64,000 bases of DNA from Spirochaetae bacterium HGW-Spirochaetae-1 (GCA_002839375.1 PGXY01000004.1:277817-341816); one strand, 5' to 3'. Shown: positions 19,046 to 29,517, numbered from the stretch's first letter. Numbers and translations: made by a program. Notes: generated by a model not told the origin, from the letters alone.

Positions 19046-19762
19046 ATGTTAAAAAAAGTTACTACTCTGCTCAGTGTTCTTATCAGCGCGGCGCTCATCG
19101 CCTCATGTGGTCCTTCGGTCAATCCGCAGCTCAAGAAAAAAACCGATAACCTGTTCTCAACGGCGCAGACGAAAAATTACGGCGTTTCACGTGCGTTTAA
19201 GGCCCCCATGAAATACGCCGTGGGCCAGTATGTCGTTCATGGCATGACAGAAGGCAGCGGTAATCGCTCTATTACAAAGACTTCCATCGTGGGCAAAGAG
19301 GGAAACGGCTGGGTCATGGAATTCTATTCCCTCAACAGTAAGCAGGAAGCTGTTGTGCAGATGCTCATTGTCGGCCTGGACAAGGCTGCTCAGACGGGCA
19401 ATACCGACGGTATTGAAATCCAGAGGATAAAAATCAAGGACGAGAAGGGACAGGTGCAGTCTTTCGAAGGCCCCATGCTTTCCATGATGAAAAACCTGTA
19501 CAAGAACAGCCTGTCTTCACTCGATGTCCAGACCGGTACGTTTTTAACGGGAAGCGCGGTGACGGTTCCTGCCGGTGTCTTTACGGGAACGTACACGATA
19601 AAATCAAAGGTGAAGCTTTTCGGGAAAACCTATACCGGTACGGGCTGGTATCATTCATCGGTTCCAATCAACGGTGTGGTTAAATCCGTCTCCGATGATG
19701 ACAAGACCACCATGGTTCTCCTGGACTTCGGTACTAAAGGGGCAGTTTCTCTGTTTGACTGA
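19046..19762 (+). CDS. Hypothetical lipoprotein
   Basis: Signal peptide with lipobox LIASCG. A GGGAGGAAAG RBS lies upstream of the ATG. Confidence 0.6.
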   Translation: MLKKVTTLLSVLISAALIASCGPSVNPQLKKKTDNLFSTAQTKNYGVSRAFKAPMKYAVGQYVVHGMTEGSGNRSITKTSIVGKEGNGWVMEFYSLNSKQEAVVQMLIVGLDKAAQTGNTDGIEIQRIKIKDEKGQVQSFEGPMLSMMKNLYKNSLSSLDVQTGTFLTGSAVTVPAGVFTGTYTIKSKVKLFGKTYTGTGWYHSSVPINGVVKSVSDDDKTTMVLLDFGTKGAVSLFD

Positions 19763-19918
19763 TCTCGCTGATAAGATGCAGACATTCAGGAAATAAAGAG
19801 ATAATAATGGGGATGGAGCTGATTATTATCAGCCTCATCCCTTTGTTATACTACAATTATAAATTTCCTATGACCTATGGGCTCTTATTCGCATAACAGG
19901 GGAAAATAGAATTACCTC

Positions 19919-21154
19919 ATGAAAATGATAACGCGATTTTCTCTCTATGGGTTTCTGAAGAATCTTGATTTTTCCGAACCATTCCTGATCCTCTTTTATC
20001 TTTCCATCGGATTGAACTTTTTCCAGATCGGCGTGCTGGTTTCATTTCTGAATATCTGCATTAATATCATGGAAGTTCCCAGCGGAGCTCTGGCCGATAT
20101 TTATGGAAGAAAAAACTGCATGATACTGTCCCTGACGAGCTATATTTTCTCCTTTGCTATTTTTGCTTTTTCCGAATCGTATATTCCTCTTTTCCCGGCC
20201 GTATTCTTTTTCTCAATCGGCGAGGCTTTCCGGACGGGCACGCACAAGGCAATGATTTTCGACTGGCTCAGGAAGAATGACCGCCTTGGTGAAAAAACCA
20301 AAGTTTATGGTTTTACGCGTTCGTGGTCTAAGTATGGGAGCGCCATATCGGTTGTTATAGCGACCATAATCATTATCTTTTCAAAGAGCTACCGCTGGAT
20401 TTTTATTTTTTCAATAATACCTTACATTGCCGGTGTCTGGAACATAGCCTGTTATCCCGACTACCTCAATAAAAAGCTCTCCGACAGGATCAGTATCAAA
20501 CTCATTTTTACACATACTTTTGAGAGCTTAAGAACGGTTTTTGCCAGCAGTAATCTCCGGAAACTCATAGTGCAGAGCATGGGATTTGAGGGTGTCTTTG
20601 AGGTTACAAAGGATTACCTCCAGCCGATCCTGAAGGCCCAGGCTGTGGTGCTTGCCGCCTTTCTCATGCTGCCCGAGAAGGAGAGTACTGCCGTTACCGT
20701 GGGAATAATATATTTTATTCTCCATATAATCTCGGCAAACGCGTCGCTACGTTCTCATATCTTTGCCGCAAGGTTCAGGTCAGAGCAAACAGCCATTATC
20801 GCAATGATCTTCTTTGGATTTGCCCTTGCTTTTGTATCTTCGGCAGGTCTTTATCTGAAGTTATATGCTGTGGCCATTATCGCATACATTGCTTATTATG
20901 TCATACAGAATCTGTGGCGGCCCATACTGGTTGCACAATACGATGATTATGCCGAAAGCAGCCAGCAGGCATCCATCCTTTCCATTGAATCGCAGACCAA
21001 GACCGTGGGCATTACGATAATTGCTCCCGTGGCCGGTTTTATGGCGGACCGGTGGGGTATCGAGTCATCGCTGATGCTTCTCGCCATCCTGCTTCTTATA
21101 CTCTGGGTTTATTCCGTGGCAGGGAGGAAAGAGAAGACCCCGGCCTCGTTATAA
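19919..21154 (+). CDS. MFS transporter
   Basis: It has about 12 predicted TM helices, with the MFS-like motif GALADIYGRKN after TM2. Confidence 0.75.
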   Translation: MKMITRFSLYGFLKNLDFSEPFLILFYLSIGLNFFQIGVLVSFLNICINIMEVPSGALADIYGRKNCMILSLTSYIFSFAIFAFSESYIPLFPAVFFFSIGEAFRTGTHKAMIFDWLRKNDRLGEKTKVYGFTRSWSKYGSAISVVIATIIIIFSKSYRWIFIFSIIPYIAGVWNIACYPDYLNKKLSDRISIKLIFTHTFESLRTVFASSNLRKLIVQSMGFEGVFEVTKDYLQPILKAQAVVLAAFLMLPEKESTAVTVGIIYFILHIISANASLRSHIFAARFRSEQTAIIAMIFFGFALAFVSSAGLYLKLYAVAIIAYIAYYVIQNLWRPILVAQYDDYAESSQQASILSIESQTKTVGITIIAPVAGFMADRWGIESSLMLLAILLLILWVYSVAGRKEKTPASL

Positions 21155-21215
21155 GTGCCAATAAACGATTCCGGGGTATGCGAATTGCCGGCTTGCGGAC
21201 TAACAAAGTGGTATA

Positions 21216-21944
21216 TTACGCCTTGTTGAAAAGAGCCTGTGCCGCTTCAACAAACTTCCGGAACTCGGCCCTTTCAAATTTTGAAGAATCATCCAGGCTG
21301 TGGCTGTTCCGGTATTCAATGAGCATTTTTATCTTCTTCATAAGGTCAGGATTGGTGGCGCCGATGAGCGAAGCCACTTCCCTGGCCCGGGTCATGAGGT
21401 TTTCTGCAGGCACCACTTCCGTGACCAGTCCCCACTCGAGAGCCCTGCGGGCATCGATATATTGGCAGGTGAGGGACATGAACTTGGCCCGCTGCTGCCC
21501 GATTTTCTGCTGCAGCAGCTGCGTCATGCCCCAGCCGGGATGAATTCCCACCTTTGCGTGGGTATCACCGAACTTGGCATTTTCCGACGCGATGAGAATG
21601 TCGCAGTTCAGGGCCAGTTCGAATCCGCCTGTCACCGCTGCTCCGTTAACCGCACCGATGATGGGCTTGTCGCAGGCTCCCATGATGTCGGGCAGCTCCT
21701 TGCCGTCACCGCGCGGATTAAAGAGATTCTCCTTACCGATGACCTGGAGATCGATCCCCGAGCAGAATGATTTGCCGTTACCGGTAATAATGGCGGCTCT
21801 TATGCCCGGTGTCTGGTCGACCTTTTCAATTGCGTCATAGAGCTGGGCCAGGAGCAGCTGCGTAAATGAATTATGCCGCTCCGGCCTGTTCAGCGTTATG
21901 ATTGCGATGTTTCCTTCTTCCTGGTATAATACGGGATTTTCCAT
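21216..21944 (-). CDS. Enoyl-CoA hydratase/isomerase family protein (crotonase)
   Basis: The N-terminus reads MENPVLYQEEGNIAIITLNRPERHNSF, the crotonase-fold N-terminus. The start is reassigned to ATG 21944 with an AGGAGG RBS; the longer ORF-track start at 22013 is unlikely. Confidence 0.85.
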   Translation of the reverse strand: MENPVLYQEEGNIAIITLNRPERHNSFTQLLLAQLYDAIEKVDQTPGIRAAIITGNGKSFCSGIDLQVIGKENLFNPRGDGKELPDIMGACDKPIIGAVNGAAVTGGFELALNCDILIASENAKFGDTHAKVGIHPGWGMTQLLQQKIGQQRAKFMSLTCQYIDARRALEWGLVTEVVPAENLMTRAREVASLIGATNPDLMKKIKMLIEYRNSHSLDDSSKFERAEFRKFVEAAQALFNKA

Positions 21945-22025
21945 ATAATGCCTCCTGTGCCATGCAAATATGCAACAGCGGCGAATATTGTAAACCACTA
22001 TTTCATCTAACACAAATGGACAAAT

Positions 22026-22043
22026 GGAGGGCTCTGACCCCTG
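22026..22043 (+). repeat. REP-like element copy (GGAGGGCTCTGACCCCTG)
   Basis: The core GCTCTGACCC recurs at 22093, and in inverted form at 22783 and 52309. Confidence 0.6.
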
Positions 22044-22086
22044 TTATTTCTAGCTCTCCTGAACGAGGCCATTAAAAATATTGAAA

Positions 22087-22106
22087 GAGGAAGCTCTGAC
22101 CCCAGG
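22087..22106 (+). repeat. REP-like element copy (GAGGAAGCTCTGACCCCAGG)
   Basis: Same core as the copy at 22031. It lies 73 nt upstream of the RAYT gene start. Confidence 0.6.
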
Positions 22107-22178
22107 TTTTTTTTAATAAAAGGAAACTCCCGCTCGTGTTATTTTAAACAGTTTGTACATGAACAGGAGGATCCATAA

Positions 22179-22769
22179 ATGCCAAGAGAACTGAGAAACA
22201 TAGCCCAAGGGAAAACACACCATTGCTTTTCACGCTGCCTGAGGATGATGGACCTTATGAAAAGCAGCCATGTTCGACGATATTTTATTGAAGCAATTAA
22301 AATGGCCCAGGAAAAATATACATTTGAACTAGTCGCAGCAGAGCCCGTGGGAAATCATATTCATCTCATCCTCCGCACACTGGAAGATGAAGAAACCGTA
22401 TCACGGATCATGCAATACATTAAATCACGCATTGCAGAAAAATATAACAGGGCCACGGGGAATAAAGGCCCTTTCTGGAATGAGCGGTTTGGGTCTTCTG
22501 TAATTGAGGAATCAGACAATCCTGAACAGTACCTGTTATGGCTTTTATGGTATATTGGTTACAATCCCGTTCGAAAAGGCCTGGCTCGAGATCCCCGGCA
22601 GACTACTATAAGTTTTATCAATGTATATCTTGATGAAAAATATGAGGCACCGGTTAAGATTACACGACATGTATTTTTCACCCGGTTGGGTGAGACTTTT
22701 GAACAGTGTGTGAAGGCCTTTCTGCTTTACGAAGAAGCCTATCTCAAAAGGCTGGCAATTTATTTTTGA
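22179..22769 (+). mobile_element. REP-associated tyrosine transposase (RAYT / TnpA_REP, IS200-like Y1 HUH transposase family)
   Basis: It has a HUH motif HIHLIL, a catalytic-Tyr region YIGYNPVRKGL, and is flanked by REP-like repeats. Confidence 0.75.
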
Positions 22770-22776
22770 ATAAAAA

Positions 22777-22793
22777 GCATGGAGGGTCAGAGC
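22777..22793 (-). repeat. REP-like element copy, inverted orientation (GCATGGAGGGTCAGAGC)
   Basis: It is identical as a 17-mer to the copy at 52302-52318, and lies 8 nt downstream of the RAYT stop. Confidence 0.6.
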
Positions 22794-22836
22794 TTGCTTT
22801 TCCCCCATGCCTTTTGTCAGCAAGATATCTGAAGAA

Positions 22837-23595
22837 TCACGCCAGGAAGCCGCCGTCACAGACAATGAGGCTTCCCGTTGTGAAGGAGGCCGCATCGGAA
22901 ACGAGATACAGCACGGCCCCGGCCATTTCATCGGGTTCGGCATGGCGTCCCATGGGTATCTGTTTTACCACGTAATCATAGATGGCGTCGTTGCCCATGA
23001 GCGCTTTGGAAAACTTGGTGTCCGTGAGTCCGGGCAGAAGGGCGTTGACCCGTATTTTTAACGGGGCCAGTTCCTTGGCAAAGGCCTTGGTCATGGCGAT
23101 AAGCGAAGCCTTGGTGATGGAATAGACTCCCTGGAAGGGGGCCGGCTTGATGCCGTTAACCGACGATACATTCACGACCGATCCGGAGCCGCTCTGCTTC
23201 ATGAGGGGGATGGCCTTCTGTATCATGAAGAAGGGACCCTTGAGATTGACATCGAAGGTCTTGTCCCATATGGCTTCATCGACGCCGTTCATGTCGCCGA
23301 AATAGGGATTGGTCGCGGCGTTGTTGACGAGGATATCAAGGCGGCCGTATTTCGCTTCGATGTCCTTATAGAGTTTTTCGATCTGCACATTCTCTCCCAC
23401 ATGACAGGCCATGGGTACGGCTTTGCCTCCTTCGCTGATTATGGAGTCGGCAACCTGCTGAAGAGACTCTATCTTTCTGCTCACCAGTATGACTTCCGCG
23501 CCGTAGGCGGCCAGGGTCCTGGCGATGGATTCTCCTATGCCCCGGCTTGCGCCCGTGACTAAAGCTACCTTACCGTCAAGTTTGAAATTGATCAT
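22837..23595 (-). CDS. SDR-family oxidoreductase (3-oxoacyl/3-hydroxyacyl reductase-like)
   Basis: N-terminus KVALVTGASRGIGESIA with the TGxxxGxG motif. 252 aa. Confidence 0.85.
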   Translation of the reverse strand: MINFKLDGKVALVTGASRGIGESIARTLAAYGAEVILVSRKIESLQQVADSIISEGGKAVPMACHVGENVQIEKLYKDIEAKYGRLDILVNNAATNPYFGDMNGVDEAIWDKTFDVNLKGPFFMIQKAIPLMKQSGSGSVVNVSSVNGIKPAPFQGVYSITKASLIAMTKAFAKELAPLKIRVNALLPGLTDTKFSKALMGNDAIYDYVVKQIPMGRHAEPDEMAGAVLYLVSDAASFTTGSLIVCDGGFLA

Positions 23596-25562
23596 TATTT
23601 TTCTCCTGCAATGTTTTTTTCAATATTGATTCCAGCCCACGCACCTTCATGGATGGCCTCGAGAAAGCGCCGGGGTGATATGGAGTCGCCCACGTCAGCT
23701 GTGGGAATTCCCAGCTTTTTCAGATCTTCCGACAGGCCCTTCCGGGATTTTGCGCCCAGGGCGTTGATGACCGTTACGGCCTCGATACTTTTTTCTGTAC
23801 CGTCCTGCTTTTTGATTCTGACCAGGTTTTTCTCAATAGAAATGATTTCTGTTCCCAGCTCAAGCAGGGATCCGCTTTTATACAGGCGACGATGAAGCCA
23901 GTAGCCGTGGGCCGTGATGGCATTGACGGGCGGGAAAGGGGCCTTTTCAATGACCGTCACTTTCATTCCCCGCTGAATCAGGAAATCGGCCGTTTCCATG
24001 CCCACATACCCGGCCCCAAGGATGACCACGGGATCAGTGGTGACGGACTTGATTCCCGTGAGCACATCCCGTGCATCTATGACGATTGCGGTATCAATTC
24101 CCGGAATGGGAGGAACCAGTGGAGCGGCGCCCGTGGCGCAGATGACCAGATCGGGCTTTTCCTTTGCTGCCTCATCGGGGGTCAGAGCCGTGTTATATTC
24201 CGGCGTTATCCCCTTTGCAGCGAGTCGACGCAGTGCCCAGGCGAGCCACTGGCGGAGCCCTTCTTTATGGGGAGGCATACTGGCCGAGATGAGCTGGCCC
24301 CCGGGCTCTGTCCCGCTTTCAAAGATGCGGACCCCGTGGCCCTTTTCAGCGGCATACATGGCGGCCGACAAACCTGCCGGTCCGGCACCGGCAATCCACA
24401 CGGTACGTGGTTTTTCGGCCGGACCGAGATCCATGCGGTATTCCTCGCCGCATTCGGGATTGAATACACACGTGGCTGATTTGAATTCGAACATGAGGCG
24501 CTCAATGCATCCCTGGTTGCAGGCTATGCAGAAGCGGATGTCATCATAGTTGCCGGCCTTGGCCTTGTTCAGGAAATCGGGGTCCGTGAGATGCTGCCGG
24601 CCGAAGCTGATGAGATCAGCGTCACCCCTGGACAAGGCATCTTCGGCCAGACGCGGGTCGTGAATCCTTCCCACGCCGATAACCGGCACGGACACCACTT
24701 CCTTTATGGCCCGGGCCCGGAACAGGTTGAAGCCCGGCTCCACATCCATGGATGCAATGGTGAGGTTGCCCGGTGTTGAGTAGACACCAAGGGACACATG
24801 GATGGCGTCCGCCCCGGCCTCCACCAGTTTCGGCGCAAGCCAGCGGGAGAATTCCAGGTCATGACCGCCTTTCACAGCCTCGTCCGATGATATGCGTATG
24901 ATGATGGGAAAATCCGGTCCCACGGCTTTTCTTGTTTTTTCAAGGATCTCCAGGGCGAAGCGGGCCCGGTTTTCCGGACTGCCGCCATATTGGTCCGTGC
25001 GGTGATTGGAGAAGGGCGACAGGAACTGGCAGACCAGGTAGCCATGGGCGCCGTGAATCTCCACGGCGTCGAAACCGGCGTTTTTTGCCCGAAGAGCGGC
25101 GTCGGCGAAGGCCTGCGTCACTTTGTTTATGCGTTCTATGGTCATCTCTTCGCAGGGCTGGCGGAGGATGATGCTGGGCAGGGGAGACGGTGCTTCCGGT
25201 TTTGCTCCCACAATCCCTTCAGCGGTTTCACGCCCGGCATGATGGAGCTGGGCCGCTATAAGCGCTCCCTTACGGTGAACCGCTTCCGTAAGCCGTGTGA
25301 GCCCGGGGATAAAAGAGTCGTCCCATATGCCCACTTCGGCAGGAAATCCCTTTCCCCGGCGGTCCACGGCGAAAACCTCGGTTATGATGAGGCCCACGCC
25401 TCCGGCAGCCCGTCGTTCGAGATAGGTGATGAGCCGGTCACTCACGGTGCTGTCCGTATTGCCGTAACCCGTTCCCATGGCGGGCATGACGGCCCGGTTC
25501 TTCAGGGTCATGCCGTTTATACTGATTGGTGAAAATAATTTATCCAGATTTTTTGTCATCAT
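23595..25562 (-). CDS. 2,4-dienoyl-CoA reductase-like flavoenzyme (OYE-type FMN domain + FAD/NAD(P)-binding domain)
   Basis: The N-terminal Old Yellow Enzyme-like region reads NRAVMPAMGTGY...ITE. The C-terminus has a Rossmann GAGPAGL motif. 655 aa. Confidence 0.8.
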   Translation of the reverse strand: MMTKNLDKLFSPISINGMTLKNRAVMPAMGTGYGNTDSTVSDRLITYLERRAAGGVGLIITEVFAVDRRGKGFPAEVGIWDDSFIPGLTRLTEAVHRKGALIAAQLHHAGRETAEGIVGAKPEAPSPLPSIILRQPCEEMTIERINKVTQAFADAALRAKNAGFDAVEIHGAHGYLVCQFLSPFSNHRTDQYGGSPENRARFALEILEKTRKAVGPDFPIIIRISSDEAVKGGHDLEFSRWLAPKLVEAGADAIHVSLGVYSTPGNLTIASMDVEPGFNLFRARAIKEVVSVPVIGVGRIHDPRLAEDALSRGDADLISFGRQHLTDPDFLNKAKAGNYDDIRFCIACNQGCIERLMFEFKSATCVFNPECGEEYRMDLGPAEKPRTVWIAGAGPAGLSAAMYAAEKGHGVRIFESGTEPGGQLISASMPPHKEGLRQWLAWALRRLAAKGITPEYNTALTPDEAAKEKPDLVICATGAAPLVPPIPGIDTAIVIDARDVLTGIKSVTTDPVVILGAGYVGMETADFLIQRGMKVTVIEKAPFPPVNAITAHGYWLHRRLYKSGSLLELGTEIISIEKNLVRIKKQDGTEKSIEAVTVINALGAKSRKGLSEDLKKLGIPTADVGDSISPRRFLEAIHEGAWAGINIEKNIAGEK

Positions 25563-25578
25563 ATAATCCTTTATGATA

Positions 25579-26487
25579 TTATTTTTGTCCCATGAGAAAA
25601 TCCGGCCTTAGAAAGGCGGGATCGGGATAGGTGTAGAATCCCCGACCTGTTTTGCTTCCCAGGTGTCCCTGGTCCACATAGCCTTTGAGAAAGGCGGCAT
25701 TTCTTTTTCCCTGGTTATTATTGGTAACATTGGCCCAGTAATCGGTGATTTTATACACGGTGTCGATACCGATCTGGTCCATGAGCGCAAAGGGGCCCAG
25801 TGGCGAGCGCATGACGCCGACGAAAGAGCGGTCGATGTCCTCAATGGAGGCAACATCGCGCGCAGCCAGGGTCAGAGCCGAGGCCAGGAGCATCATGAAC
25901 ATGGCGTTGAAGACATAGCCATTGTTTTCCTTGTGCATGACGATGGGTATCTGTTTTATGGACAGGGAAAAATCATAGAGCAGGTCCACGATCTCTTTCG
26001 CTGTTCCCGGGTGGGGCATGATATCGACTACTGGGGCCATCTGGGCGTCATGAAAATGCAGGGCGGCGAATCTTTCGGGCCTGCCCGTGGCTGCGGCGAA
26101 CTGTGACGGGAGCAGTGAAGAGGTGTTCGTGGTGAAGATGGTGTGGACAGGACATATTGCATTGAACTGCCCAAATACTTTGCCTTTCAAATCAGGATCT
26201 TCGGGTATGGATTCACTGACCAGGTCGGCATCACTCCCGGCCTTTTCCGCCGAGGAGGTTGCTGTTATGCGCGCCATGACTGCGGGAACATCATCTTCTT
26301 TCAGCTGGTTTCCACGGACAAGACGCCTGGCGATTTTCTGAATGCGCAGCATGGCCTTTTCCAGCAGTTCATCTTTTATGTCGTAGAGAACCACGTTATA
26401 CCCGTTCAGGGCGCACTGAAGGCCGATCTGCTGGCCCATGGTGCCGCTGCCGATTATCAGCACTTTTTTAATATCATTGACATTCAT
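25579..26487 (-). CDS. 3-hydroxyacyl-CoA dehydrogenase (3-hydroxybutyryl-CoA dehydrogenase-like)
   Basis: N-terminus VLIIGSGTMGQQIGLQCALNGYNVVLYD with the NAD-binding fold. 302 aa. Confidence 0.85.
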   Translation of the reverse strand: MNVNDIKKVLIIGSGTMGQQIGLQCALNGYNVVLYDIKDELLEKAMLRIQKIARRLVRGNQLKEDDVPAVMARITATSSAEKAGSDADLVSESIPEDPDLKGKVFGQFNAICPVHTIFTTNTSSLLPSQFAAATGRPERFAALHFHDAQMAPVVDIMPHPGTAKEIVDLLYDFSLSIKQIPIVMHKENNGYVFNAMFMMLLASALTLAARDVASIEDIDRSFVGVMRSPLGPFALMDQIGIDTVYKITDYWANVTNNNQGKRNAAFLKGYVDQGHLGSKTGRGFYTYPDPAFLRPDFLMGQK

Positions 26488-26506
26488 GACTTTACTCCTT
26501 TAACCT

Positions 26507-27574
26507 TTACAGGTCCGATTTTTCTGTAATAGAAAGGGCGAAGCCCTCAAGTATTTTCACGGCATGAATGAGCATGGCAAAGCGCTTATCCTTTGTCTGG
26601 CCGTGGAAATATCGATAATATATCTGCTGCGCGATGACTGCCAGCCGGAACAGGCCGAAACAGAGATAATAATCGAAGTTGTCTATTTTTCTGCCGGTGA
26701 TATCACCGTAGAGATCGACCTGTTCGTTTCTCGTCAGCATGCCTTCGAGATTCGTGGGCATCATCCTGATCATCTGGACAACCTTCGGGTCGTTCATTTC
26801 AACCCAGTAGGCCAGGCTGTTTCCCAGGTCCATGAGGGGATCACCGATGGTGGCCATCTCCCAGTCAAGGATGCCCGTTATTTCCAGTGGATTGTCGGGA
26901 TTCAGCACGGCATTATCGAGCTTATAGTCGTTATGGATGATGGTGGGTCGGTCCGTGTCGGGAGGCATTTTGACATGGAGCCATTCCATGACCTTTTCAT
27001 AATCGGGTGCGTCTTCGGTGCGGGCATCGCGGTATCGCTTACTCCAGCCCTCGACCTGTCGCTGCACATAACCTTCCGGTTTTCCGAAATCATCAAGCCC
27101 GACTGCCTTATAATCGATGCTGTGGAGTTCACAGAGCACCTTCACCAGGTTTTCACTCAGGGTCCGGGCTTCGTCGGGCGGCAGGATCATCCCCTCGGGA
27201 AGATCTTTTCTGAAAATGATACCCTTCAGGCGCTCCATGACATAGAAAGGAACATCCATAACCGCCGGGTCTTCGCAGTAGGCCAGCGCCTCGGGACAAT
27301 ATCTGAAGTGCGGCTTCAGTGTTTTCAGGATGCGGTACTCACGCAGCATATCATGGGCGCTCTTGGCCTTTTTCCCGAAGGGGGGCCTGCGCAGCACCAG
27401 TTCGCGGTCTCCGAACTTCACCAGGTAGGTGAGATTGGAAAAGCCGCTGGGAAACTGGCTGATTTCTATCTGCCCCTGGAGACCGCTGAGGGTATCCCGG
27501 AGATATGCCTCTACCTTTGAGGCGTCCAGCTCTTCACCCTGCCGGACATTGATGGCTTTATCGATGGCGCTCAT
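26507..27574 (-). CDS. Phosphotransferase (APH/choline-kinase-like) family protein, acyl-CoA dehydrogenase-associated (LvaA / ACAD10-N-terminal-like)
   Basis: It has a kinase-like fold with a Brenner motif region (IIHNDYKLDNAVL), and sits in a beta-oxidation operon next to an ACAD gene. Confidence 0.7.
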   Translation of the reverse strand: MSAIDKAINVRQGEELDASKVEAYLRDTLSGLQGQIEISQFPSGFSNLTYLVKFGDRELVLRRPPFGKKAKSAHDMLREYRILKTLKPHFRYCPEALAYCEDPAVMDVPFYVMERLKGIIFRKDLPEGMILPPDEARTLSENLVKVLCELHSIDYKAVGLDDFGKPEGYVQRQVEGWSKRYRDARTEDAPDYEKVMEWLHVKMPPDTDRPTIIHNDYKLDNAVLNPDNPLEITGILDWEMATIGDPLMDLGNSLAYWVEMNDPKVVQMIRMMPTNLEGMLTRNEQVDLYGDITGRKIDNFDYYLCFGLFRLAVIAQQIYYRYFHGQTKDKRFAMLIHAVKILEGFALSITEKSDL

Positions 27575-28257
27575 GTCTGCCTCCTTAAATACGTTTCAAT
27601 AAAGCTGATTAAATAATCAGCGTACTCGTCGACGGATATGTTTCTCCGCTTGTATTTCCATCGCTTGAGATACCAGTCCTGCATCATGGCCTTGATGACC
27701 GATGCCGTGAGACGGGTATCGATATCGGTAAAGATATCCTGGTCGATACCCTCTTTGAGAATATCAATAATCATGCCTTCCGTGAGAAGTTCGCTATCAA
27801 TGGAGAAGGTTCTTGATTCTTTGCTGAAATTCTTTGTTTCCATGAAAAGAAAATAGAACCAGTACTGCATTGCTTCACTCAGATAGAGATGGGTCTTCAC
27901 CATGGCATGGAGCTTTTCCCGGACAGTTCCGCATTTTTCCAGTTCGTCCCGGAGAATTCTCTTCATGGTGAGCTGCCCGTGTTTCTGAATGAGCAGGAGC
28001 AGCTCGTCCTTGCTGGCGAAATAGGAATAGAGGGCCCCCATGCTGAGACCGGAATCGGCGCTGAGATCACGGAGACTCATGGCGTTAAAACCTTTCTCAT
28101 TGCTCAGTTTCAGTGTACTGTTCACAATAATAGAAAGGTTTTTAACGGCAACGGCCTCTTTTTTAATTTTGATCCGTTCACGGTTCTGGTTAAAATACTC
28201 GCGGCAGATGTCCTCAACCGCGGTAGCATAATCGGCAATAAAAGTTTTAAAGGTCAT
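27571..28257 (-). CDS. TetR/AcrR family transcriptional regulator
   Basis: It has an N-terminal TetR-type HTH (MSLRDLSADSGLSMGALYSYFASKDELL). Confidence 0.8.
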   Translation of the reverse strand: MTFKTFIADYATAVEDICREYFNQNRERIKIKKEAVAVKNLSIIVNSTLKLSNEKGFNAMSLRDLSADSGLSMGALYSYFASKDELLLLIQKHGQLTMKRILRDELEKCGTVREKLHAMVKTHLYLSEAMQYWFYFLFMETKNFSKESRTFSIDSELLTEGMIIDILKEGIDQDIFTDIDTRLTASVIKAMMQDWYLKRWKYKRRNISVDEYADYLISFIETYLRRQT

Positions 28258-28275
28258 GGTCTGGCAATCCTCGTC

Positions 28276-29481
28276 CTACTTACCGTTTCTCCCGTATCTG
28301 TTCAGATAGCGACGGGCGAAGGAGGCCTTGTGTACCTCGTCGGCGCCGTCATAGATTCGGGCGGCCCTTTCATGCCGGTAGAAGAATGCCAGGATAGTGT
28401 CATCGGTCATTCCCAGTCCGCCGTGAACCTGGAGCGCCCGGTCGATGACATGCTGCATGGTGTTGGCCACGACAAATTTTATCAGGCTCACCTCGTCACG
28501 GGCTTCCTTTGCCCCCACGGTATCAATCTTCCATGCCGCGTGCAGGGTCATGAGCCGCGCGGCCTGGATTTCCGCGGCGGAGTCGGCCACCCACTGCTGT
28601 ATGATCTGCCGTGTGGCCAGGGTCTTGCCGTCGGGAGATATTTTTCTCTCGGAGGCGCGCTGACACATGAGATCCATGGAACGCTTGCAGATACCGAGCC
28701 AGCGCATGCAGTGATGGATGCGTCCCGGCCCCAGGCGGTCCTGGGCAATAACGAAGCCCTGGCCCTCGGCGCCCAGGAGGTTTTTCTGCGGTACACGGCA
28801 GGACTGGTACAGAATCTCGCCGTGGCTGGCATAATCGTCACCGCTATGACCCATGACGGGAATATTTCTCACCAGGTTAAATCCCGGCGTGTTCGTGGGG
28901 ACGATGATCATGCTGGCTTGGAGATACATGGGAGCCTCGGGGTTTGTCACGGCCATGACAATGGCAAATTCCGATCCGTCGGCGGCCGTGGTGTACCATT
29001 TATGGCCGTTGATGATGTAATCGTCGCCGTCTTTTACAGCTGTTGTTTCCAGCATGACGGGATTGGAGCCCGGCATGTCCACTTCGGTCATGGAGAAACA
29101 GCTGCGTATATCGCCGCCGGCCAGGGGCTTCAGGTATTGTTTCTTCTGCTCCTCCGTGCCGTGGGTGTGAAGAATTTCAATGTTTCCGGCGTCGGGAGCC
29201 TGGCAGCCGAAGACGTAGTGCCCCAGTGGTGTCCGGCCCAGGGATTCGGAGACGAGGCCGTGATCGACCAGGTTAAGCCCCATGCCCCCCAGTTCTTTCG
29301 GGATCTGAGGGCCCCACAGTTCCATCTGTTTCACCATTTTTCTTTTTTCCTTCAGGACGGGAACCATCTCACTGAAATTGTGAGTGATGAATTCCGGCTC
29401 CAGGGGAATCAGTTCCTTATCGACGAATTCATCGATCATTCCCAGAATGGTCTGCATTTTGTCGCTAATCGTAAAATCCAT
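28276..29481 (-). CDS. Acyl-CoA dehydrogenase family protein
   Basis: 401 aa with the ACAD N-, middle- and C-domain pattern; the catalytic Glu region reads ...IYDGADEVHK. Confidence 0.85.
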   Translation of the reverse strand: MDFTISDKMQTILGMIDEFVDKELIPLEPEFITHNFSEMVPVLKEKRKMVKQMELWGPQIPKELGGMGLNLVDHGLVSESLGRTPLGHYVFGCQAPDAGNIEILHTHGTEEQKKQYLKPLAGGDIRSCFSMTEVDMPGSNPVMLETTAVKDGDDYIINGHKWYTTAADGSEFAIVMAVTNPEAPMYLQASMIIVPTNTPGFNLVRNIPVMGHSGDDYASHGEILYQSCRVPQKNLLGAEGQGFVIAQDRLGPGRIHHCMRWLGICKRSMDLMCQRASERKISPDGKTLATRQIIQQWVADSAAEIQAARLMTLHAAWKIDTVGAKEARDEVSLIKFVVANTMQHVIDRALQVHGGLGMTDDTILAFFYRHERAARIYDGADEVHKASFARRYLNRYGRNGK

Positions 29482-29517
29482 GACGGCCTCCTTAATTTTT
29501 CATTGTTCGGTACTGCT

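Noticed and set aside
23892-25532. Several 180-195-aa plus-strand ORFs
   Set aside because: They are antisense to the 655-aa dienoyl-CoA-reductase-like gene.
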